Positions 57,972 through 64,000 of a stretch of DNA of 64,000 nucleotides are shown here, in pieces. Position 1 is the first letter of the stretch, and each line of letters begins with the position of its first letter. A program made the translations under genes and the position numbers. The notes beneath the pieces were generated by a model that saw only the letters and a list, made by a program, of their open reading frames with translations, was not told the origin of the DNA and ran no database searches. The stretch is from positions 133,970-197,969 of the forward strand of contig JAGTRB010000001.1 of the NCBI GenBank assembly GCA_018396865.1, read 5' to 3'. This stretch comes from Candidatus Bathyarchaeota archaeon (GTDB lineage Archaea; Thermoproteota; Bathyarchaeia; TCS64).

Positions 57972-58724
57972 TTGTTTGAGGCTGAGCTCTCGAATGTCGA
58001 GCCCTTCCGCAACCTGATCAAGGCCATCTCAGTGGTGGTTGAAGAGGGAAGCTTCAGGATAGACGAGGAGCAGATGAGGCTACTCGCGATGGATCCCAGC
58101 CACGTAGCCATGATTGACTTCGAGCTACCAAGGGAGTTCTTCGACAGATACTCCGCCGAGGGAGAGGTGAGGCTCTCGATAAATATGAGGGAACTACTCA
58201 AATTTCTTGACCGCGTTGATAGAGGAGAACAGCTGAGGATAAAGCTAGACGAGGAGCAGTCTAGGGTCGTCTTAGAGTGCAGGCGTGGAGGGCACATAAG
58301 GACCTTCACCATTCCCCTGCTCGAGCCCATTGAGGAGGAGGCGCCATCCCCAAAGATATTCTTCAAGGCTTCTGCACGGGCTCTCACCCAGAGCATTAGG
58401 AGGGCCATCAGGGACGCCGCCCTAGTCAGCGAGCATGTCAGGATAGAGATATCAGCGAAGGAGCTGAGGATCCAGGCCTCTGGAGAGGCGGGGAGCGTAT
58501 CGAGCGTCTGGGAGATGGGAGCCGACGACCTACTAGAGATAAAGGCCCAGGAGGACTCGAAGGCCACCTTCACAATAAGCTACCTCCAAGATATGATCAA
58601 CGCCGCAGCCATGTCAAGCGAGGTCACTAACATCGAGCTCTCAACGGATATGCCGATCAAGATGAACTTCGAGCTGCCCCAGGGGAAGCTAGTATACTAC
58701 TTGGCCCCCTGCATCGGCGTCTAG
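57972..58724 (+). CDS. pcn: PCNA sliding clamp
   Basis: AMDPSHV, YYLAP. Confidence 0.97.
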   Translation: MFEAELSNVEPFRNLIKAISVVVEEGSFRIDEEQMRLLAMDPSHVAMIDFELPREFFDRYSAEGEVRLSINMRELLKFLDRVDRGEQLRIKLDEEQSRVVLECRRGGHIRTFTIPLLEPIEEEAPSPKIFFKASARALTQSIRRAIRDAALVSEHVRIEISAKELRIQASGEAGSVSSVWEMGADDLLEIKAQEDSKATFTISYLQDMINAAAMSSEVTNIELSTDMPIKMNFELPQGKLVYYLAPCIGV

Positions 58725-58761
58725 TGGAGAAAGGGTAAATATTTCGCCGATCCCCCTCTAA

Positions 58762-59820
58762 ATGCGGCCAGGGATGATATCTGAGAGGGAGGCATCCAAA
58801 TACCCATTCCTTAAGGAGGCGGCCTCCCTCCTAGAGCACCTAGAAATTGATCTGGAGGACCTAACAGAACAGAGGTATGGGCCGATCCTAGATAGGGGTG
58901 AGGAGAGGGTTATACAGGCGATAAGATATGGTGTTGTGGGGGAGGGCCTATCAGATGACCTAGCTGAGCTCCTCTCCTTCCCCATCGCCGTTATGCTCGT
59001 CTCGATGATGAGGGACCCATTCCTTGAGAAGAGATATGCGTTAGCCGAGGCTGTGAGGGCTAGGAGGCTGCTGGAGAGCGAGGATGAGGGGAGAATAGCA
59101 GAGATCGCCATAAGAGAGTTCGGCTGGAGGATCAGGGTACAGCGAAGGGAGATGGATGATACCATCTACTCATTCGAGCTTCACTTTGTCGATTATCTCC
59201 GCAACTCCTCCTCCTTCAGGGAGGATAAGTGGAGGCTCATAAACAGGATCTTAACGGAGGGTTATGTCCTCCTGACTAAGGCTGAGGCCGTCAGGCTCCT
59301 CCAGGTGGAGGCGGAGGAGTTCATAAGTCGGCTCTCATCGAGGCGCGTCGAGTTGAACCTGCCCGAGCCCATAATGAAGAGGCTTGAGAGGATAAAGAGG
59401 ATACTAGACGAGAGCAGATCGAGATTAGGGGAGCTCGCCCTTCCACCTGAAGTCATTCACGAGGCCTTCCCCCCCTGCATAGTGCACTCCTATAGGACCC
59501 TCACAGCCGGCGGGAGGCTCTCACACATTGAGAGGTTCACCCTAGCTTCATTCCTAGTGAACATAGGCATGGAGCCCGAGCGGATAGTTCAGCTCTTCGT
59601 CTCAACCTCGGACTTTAATGAGGGCCTCACGAGGTATCAGATAGAGCATATATCCGGGCTTAGGGGCTCGAGGACAAGGTATACCCCACCAAATTGTATG
59701 ACGATGCGCACCCATGGGATCTGCCACAACCCGGACAACCTCTGTGGAAAGGTTAAACACCCTCTCAGTTATTATAGGAGAAAAGCGTCAGAGTTGAGAA
59801 AGTCTTCGAAGATGAGGTAG
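58762..59820 (+). CDS. priL: DNA primase large subunit
   Basis: KYPFL, FPPCI, H.ERF, TRYQIEHI, PPNC..C..C..HPL.YY. Confidence 0.95.
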   Translation: MRPGMISEREASKYPFLKEAASLLEHLEIDLEDLTEQRYGPILDRGEERVIQAIRYGVVGEGLSDDLAELLSFPIAVMLVSMMRDPFLEKRYALAEAVRARRLLESEDEGRIAEIAIREFGWRIRVQRREMDDTIYSFELHFVDYLRNSSSFREDKWRLINRILTEGYVLLTKAEAVRLLQVEAEEFISRLSSRRVELNLPEPIMKRLERIKRILDESRSRLGELALPPEVIHEAFPPCIVHSYRTLTAGGRLSHIERFTLASFLVNIGMEPERIVQLFVSTSDFNEGLTRYQIEHISGLRGSRTRYTPPNCMTMRTHGICHNPDNLCGKVKHPLSYYRRKASELRKSSKMR

Positions 59821-59956
59821 ACATCTTAAAGATGATTGGACATGGCCATTAACACTCTTTGAGAGGTGGTCCCTTTCACCTCATCATATTAGGGCGGGCC
59901 ACGTCTTAGAAGAGATCCCTTAAAGGTCTATTTGTTGGAATATAGGTTAGGGTTAA

Positions 59957-61186
59957 ATGGCGGAGTGGGGTAGCGCGTCATTTGTAGAGGAACAGTTCAG
60001 GCGCTACTATAAGGCGAGTGTGGGTAAGGTGGAGCCTCCCCTCGAGATGGAGAGGAGGGAGTTCGGCTTCTTGCCCTTCGATGGAGGGATGATGATACGA
60101 CATACCTCCTTCAGCGATCCGTCTCAGCTCCGCAGCTTCATATTGGAGAAGGCTCCAGCCCATATCTACTACTCCTCGGCCTATTACCGCGAGCCGAGGG
60201 CGGATATGGAGTCCAAGGGATGGATCGGGGCTGATCTAGTATTCGATATAGACGCTGATCATATGGAGACGCCCTGTAGGATGAACCATGACGCCTGGAG
60301 GTGTAACCTATGCGGATTTGAGGGGAAGGGGAGAGCTCCTGAGAGATGTCCTAGATGCAGCGGTACAGACCTTGAGGAGGAGACCTGGGTATGCGACACG
60401 TGCTTAGATAAGGCAAAGGGAGAGGCTCAGAAGCTTCTGGATATCCTAATCCAGGATTTTGGTATACCCTTAGAGTATCTAAAGGTGAATTTCACCGGGA
60501 ACAGGGGATACCACGTTCACATAACAGCTCCTTGGATAAGAGGCTTAGACCAGAGGGCTAGGAGGGAGATAGTGGACTATGTGACGGGCACGGGAATGAG
60601 GGTTGAGCTGCTTGGCTTCAGGCCTAGTGCAAAGGGGTCATCACCCCTCCACGGGCTTGGATGGATGGGAAGAGCCTCCAAAGCCCTATACGACTACCTG
60701 GCTAACCTTCCACCGAGGATTTTGGAAGAGGTGAGGACAGGTAGGAGGGAGAGGGTGAGAAGCCTCATAGATTCTAGAGAGGAGATCCTCAGGGTTTTAA
60801 CAGAGGGGCCCCCCAGCGGCATACTAAAATATCTTAGCCGGGAATCTCTGAACTGGATTATGGAGAAGGCGGTTAGGGAGCAGGCGGCTGCAGTCGATAC
60901 GGTGGTGACTACGGACATTCACCGCCTCATCAGATTGCCCAACACCTTGAATGGGAAGACTGGTTGGATCGCCCAACCAGTCCCTGTGGAGGAGCTGGAG
61001 GATTACGACCCACTAAGCAGCTCCATAGCCTTCAAGGGTGGAGAGGTCTCCATCTATGTGAGGCGGGCCCCCATGTTCAGGCTATGTGGAGAGAAATATG
61101 GCCCCTTCAAGGAGGAGTTGACCAACCTACCCCTCGCCGCGGCGATATTCCTCTTATGCAGGAAGGCTGCGAGGATAGAGAGATGA
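59957..61186 (+). CDS. priS: DNA primase small subunit with zinc-finger insertion
   Basis: REFGF, DLVFDIDAD, GNRGYH, D..VTTDIHRLIRLP. Confidence 0.96.
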   Translation: MAEWGSASFVEEQFRRYYKASVGKVEPPLEMERREFGFLPFDGGMMIRHTSFSDPSQLRSFILEKAPAHIYYSSAYYREPRADMESKGWIGADLVFDIDADHMETPCRMNHDAWRCNLCGFEGKGRAPERCPRCSGTDLEEETWVCDTCLDKAKGEAQKLLDILIQDFGIPLEYLKVNFTGNRGYHVHITAPWIRGLDQRARREIVDYVTGTGMRVELLGFRPSAKGSSPLHGLGWMGRASKALYDYLANLPPRILEEVRTGRRERVRSLIDSREEILRVLTEGPPSGILKYLSRESLNWIMEKAVREQAAAVDTVVTTDIHRLIRLPNTLNGKTGWIAQPVPVEELEDYDPLSSSIAFKGGEVSIYVRRAPMFRLCGEKYGPFKEELTNLPLAAAIFLLCRKAARIER

Positions 61187-61749
61187 CGGGATATTATGGG
61201 AGGCTTCTTGAGGCCTGGATGAGGGAGCTGGAGACAGAAGGTCTTCAGCAACTGCCTGAGGGCTTCTATAGGGAGATGTCCGAGTACGTCTCTAGGCTAA
61301 GGGAGCAGACGAGGATGCTGGAGCATGGAACCATGAGGAGCAGGATAGCCCTTAAGGAGAAGGAGTATGCTGAGAGGATGCTCAGGGAGCTGTTCAACAC
61401 CAGGCTGAGGAAGATGGTTAATATGGAGTTAGAGGGAGTGCAATTGGAGGCCTCAGCGTTGCTGCCAGAGGAGAAGCTCTTCCACTCCGAGCTGAGGAGG
61501 ATCCTCAACGAGCATGGGGAAAGGCTTAAAAGTATCCTATTAGGTCGTCCTCCCCGCATCGAGGCTAAGCCAACGGGCAGGGGTGCATTCAAGGTGGTAA
61601 GGTTCCTCGAGTCTCTCCCGGCCATAATAGGGGTCGATATGAAGACCTATGGGCCCTTTAAGCCCGAGGACGTGGCCTCGATACCCGTCGAGAACGCTGA
61701 AAGCCTAATAAGGAGAGGTGCAGCTAAGGAGGTGGAGGTCTCGGAATGA
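61183..61749 (+). CDS. GINS subunit (Gins15/Gins51-like); start ATG 61183
   Basis: LQQLPEGFY, RLRK, VRFLESLPAIIGVDMKTYGPF..EDVASIP..NA; follows priS. Confidence 0.9.
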   Translation: MTGYYGRLLEAWMRELETEGLQQLPEGFYREMSEYVSRLREQTRMLEHGTMRSRIALKEKEYAERMLRELFNTRLRKMVNMELEGVQLEASALLPEEKLFHSELRRILNEHGERLKSILLGRPPRIEAKPTGRGAFKVVRFLESLPAIIGVDMKTYGPFKPEDVASIPVENAESLIRRGAAKEVEVSE

Positions 61750-62021
61750 AGGTGCCGAAGTCCATAAACACCTACTGCCCTAGGTGCAAGGCTCACATGG
61801 AGTTCTCAGTCTCGATCTACAAGGCGGGGAAGAGGAGAGGAGCCAAGTGGGGTGAGAGGAGGCAGGCCGAGAGGAAGAAGGGCTATGGCGGACAGAAGTA
61901 TCCGATACAGCATAATCAGGCAAAGGTGACAAAGAAACAGACCCTGAAGCTTGAGTGTAGGAAATGCGGATACATCACACATAGGGAAGGAGTTAGGCTG
62001 AAGAAGGTGGAGGTCGAATAG
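61746..62021 (+). CDS. rpl44e: 50S ribosomal protein eL42 (L44e)
   Basis: TYCPRCK.H, GYGGQ, CRKCG. Confidence 0.97.
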   Translation: MKVPKSINTYCPRCKAHMEFSVSIYKAGKRRGAKWGERRQAERKKGYGGQKYPIQHNQAKVTKKQTLKLECRKCGYITHREGVRLKKVEVE

Positions 62022-62022
62022 G

Positions 62023-62220
62023 ATGTCCGACTGGGAGAGCCTCATACCCCGCCCCTCTTCAAGGTTCCTCAGGGTTAGGTGCGGGAAGTGCGATGGAGAG
62101 CAGATAGTCTTCAGCCATGCAACCCACACAGTCAGATGCAGGACCTGCGGGGAGGTCATAGCTGAACCGACCGGTGGGAAGGCAAGGATAAGGGGCTCGA
62201 TAGTGGCGGTTCTAGGATGA
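62023..62220 (+). CDS. rps27e: 30S ribosomal protein eS27
   Basis: SRFLRVRCGKC..Q.VFSH..C..CG..PTGGK. Confidence 0.97.
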   Translation: MSDWESLIPRPSSRFLRVRCGKCDGEQIVFSHATHTVRCRTCGEVIAEPTGGKARIRGSIVAVLG

Positions 62221-63011
62221 GGGGGAGGACCATGAGGAGGCCTGAGTTTCCCTCCATAGAGGATCTCGTCGTGGCAACCGTCAAGAGGATAGAGCCCTTC
62301 GGGGCCTATGTCTCCCTTGACGAGTATGGGGGAAAGGAGGGTTTCCTGCATATCTCAGAGATCTCCTCAACATGGGTTAAGAATATCAGAAGCCACGTAA
62401 GGGAGGGGCAAAAGGTAGTCCTACAGGTGTTGAGGGTTGACCCGGCGAAGGGGCATATAGATCTCTCCCTAAGGAGGGTCACCAAGGATGAGCGAAGGAA
62501 GAAGATGGAGGAGTGGAAAAAGGCTAGGAAGGCCGAGATGCTGATTAAGAGCGCGGAGGGGATCCTTAAAATCGGTGAGGAGGAGCTAGGAAAGGCCGTC
62601 TCCAAGGTAGTTGAGATATACGGAAGCCTCTACCAAGGGCTGGAGGAGGCCTCGAAGAGGGGGGTCCAAGCCCTCCTCGACGCTGGGGTATCGCCGGATA
62701 TCGCTGAGGTCCTAGCAAAGATAGCCTCGGAGAAGATCCCAGCCAGATACGTCACGATCTCAGGTACATTCGAGATAGTCTCCATGGGGCCGAGGGGAGT
62801 GGAGGAGATAAAGTCTCTATTGCTCGAGGCTGAGAAGATGGCAGGTGAGGATGCGGAGGTTCTAATATATACCCAGGGGGCGCCGAGGTACAAGGTCGAG
62901 GTCAAGGCCGAGGATTATAAGAAGGCTGAGGCCATCCTTGAGAAGATAGTTGATTACGCAACCTCTAACTGGGTCGGAAACGAGAGAAGGATATCCTTCA
63001 CCAGGGGATAG
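62217..63011 (+). CDS. eif2a: Translation initiation factor aIF2 alpha
   Basis: S1 domain, HISEIS, KGHIDLSLRRV, GAPRY. Confidence 0.97.
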   Translation: MRGRTMRRPEFPSIEDLVVATVKRIEPFGAYVSLDEYGGKEGFLHISEISSTWVKNIRSHVREGQKVVLQVLRVDPAKGHIDLSLRRVTKDERRKKMEEWKKARKAEMLIKSAEGILKIGEEELGKAVSKVVEIYGSLYQGLEEASKRGVQALLDAGVSPDIAEVLAKIASEKIPARYVTISGTFEIVSMGPRGVEEIKSLLLEAEKMAGEDAEVLIYTQGAPRYKVEVKAEDYKKAEAILEKIVDYATSNWVGNERRISFTRG

Positions 63012-63026
63012 GCAGGAGGGGGTTCC

Positions 63027-63254
63027 CTGGTCTGGCTCTTGAGAAAATGCACACTTTGCAACAGGTACACACTAAATCAAGAAAGATGTCCATCATGCGG
63101 AGGACCATTGAAGATTCCACATCCCGCGAAGTTCTCGATGGATGATCGCTATCAACACTATAGGATGAAGATGCGCAGACTGGCTGAAGTGGAGACGGGA
63201 CCTAGGAAAGCCGGAGAAGATGATAAAAAAGGAGCCTCCCGAATGAGTGGTTGA
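63027..63254 (+). CDS. nop10: H/ACA RNP protein Nop10; start CTG 63027 or TTG 63039
   Basis: RKC..C.RYTL..CP.CG..PHPAKFS.DD.Y..YR. Confidence 0.93.
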   Translation: MVWLLRKCTLCNRYTLNQERCPSCGGPLKIPHPAKFSMDDRYQHYRMKMRRLAEVETGPRKAGEDDKKGASRMSG

Positions 63255-63287
63255 GTCTCCTATGAAATCCGTGAAAAGCTTTATTTC

Positions 63288-63677
63288 ATGATGCGCGACA
63301 TTCTAAGTGAAATGTCGAGGAGCTATATCAAGATTTATGGCCCTCCGGTGCTGAGGGCGATAAAGGCCCTGGAGTCCGTTGCTGTGGAGATGTCGAAATC
63401 CATAGAGCTCAAGTTTAGCAATCGATGCATCCCATACCCCGGGCCGAGACATGAGACACTAGAGTGGCAAAGGTATATCGAAGGACTGAAGCAGACCTAT
63501 GTCGAGTGCTACGAGCCGGTGAGGCTCATCAGCGACGCCCATGAAATGCTGGGCGATTACGACTTCTTCTTTGAATGGAGTGATAAGCCTAAGATTGATC
63601 AGCTAATGGACCTTGTAGGGAAGATAGATAATGCTCTAAGAGGTCTAGGATGCCTTTATACTATCACAACAAAATGA
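63288..63677 (+). CDS. Hypothetical protein
   Basis: 129-aa ORF with an upstream TATA-like CTTTATTT and plausible codon usage; no family recognised. Confidence 0.75.
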   Translation: MMRDILSEMSRSYIKIYGPPVLRAIKALESVAVEMSKSIELKFSNRCIPYPGPRHETLEWQRYIEGLKQTYVECYEPVRLISDAHEMLGDYDFFFEWSDKPKIDQLMDLVGKIDNALRGLGCLYTITTK

Positions 63678-63823
63678 ACAATATAAAAAATACCATATTT
63701 CTTTACAAAATTTAAATTATACATAACTAAGAAAAATAAAAAAGATCATCTGTTTTGTATAATAATTTTCTAATTTTTCGATGTACAGAAACTTAAATCG
63801 TAGGTTACTCTAATTGCTGTTTA

Positions 63824-64000
63824 TTAATGGACCATTCCGAGTCTGTGGAGTTCCTCCTTAAATACGGATAGGGTTCTCTTTAGGTTTATTTGTCTCTCTA
63901 CATATTGTTCCCCTGTTAATTCTCCCCTCCGCAATTCATCTTCTAATTCGATAAGTTGTCTCTCAACCTCATTTATCCTCCTCCTCAGCATATCCGCATA
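63824..64000 (-). CDS. 3' end of a coiled-coil protein continuing beyond the window
   Basis: YADMLRRRINEVERQLIELEDELRRGELTGEQYVERQINLKRTLSVFKEELHRLGMVH*. Confidence 0.65.
   Translation of the reverse strand, partial: YADMLRRRINEVERQLIELEDELRRGELTGEQYVERQINLKRTLSVFKEELHRLGMVH

Noticed and set aside
59830-59900. Possible C/D sRNA between priL and priS (perfect ATGATGA on minus strand)
   Set aside because: No D box at the expected distance; only a short GAGGTG/CACCTC hairpin.
7173-62905. Numerous antisense and alternate-frame ORFs in the track (e.g. 8717-9103, 18169-18765, 39035-39541, 56553-57212, 57869-58573)
   Set aside because: They are shadows of well-supported genes, Ser/Pro-rich and without recognisable motifs.

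Overview
This is an archaeal chromosome segment. The gene set, integrase family and frequent TTG starts suggest Bathyarchaeia/TACK, which is an inference. It splits into an accessory half (~1-29 kb) and a housekeeping half (~29-64 kb). The accessory half has several decayed genes and an intron-containing elongator tRNA-Met(CAU), flanked by a tyrosine integrase on one side and an inverted remnant of a second integrase on the other. It also has a truncated caspase-like gene, a bacterial-type alanine racemase, a tungsten AOR, a class III aminotransferase, three intact VapBC modules and a TnpB remnant. The strongest candidate for an undescribed system is a largely AT-rich ~11 kb island (13.8-24.6 kb). 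It joins a cytoplasmic Mo/W-bisPGD oxidoreductase with an unusual active site, its ferredoxin subunit, two CMD/AhpD proteins, YunC, Fe-S, DGC and radical SAM genes to an ArsR / ArsD-like / thioredoxin / ArsP-type arsenic module. The housekeeping half carries rps13-rps4-rps11-rpoD-rpl18e, DtxR-FeoA/FeoB with a DtxR box, and ilvBNC with a long structured leader holding two uORFs. It continues with a second divergent ilvC, aglB, eIF5A-DHS, SRP54, rpl21e, rpoF, uL16, dph2, csl4, rpoL, TFS, PCNA, priL/priS, GINS, rpl44e, rps27e, aIF2-alpha and nop10. All calls come from reading motifs by eye; no database searches were run.
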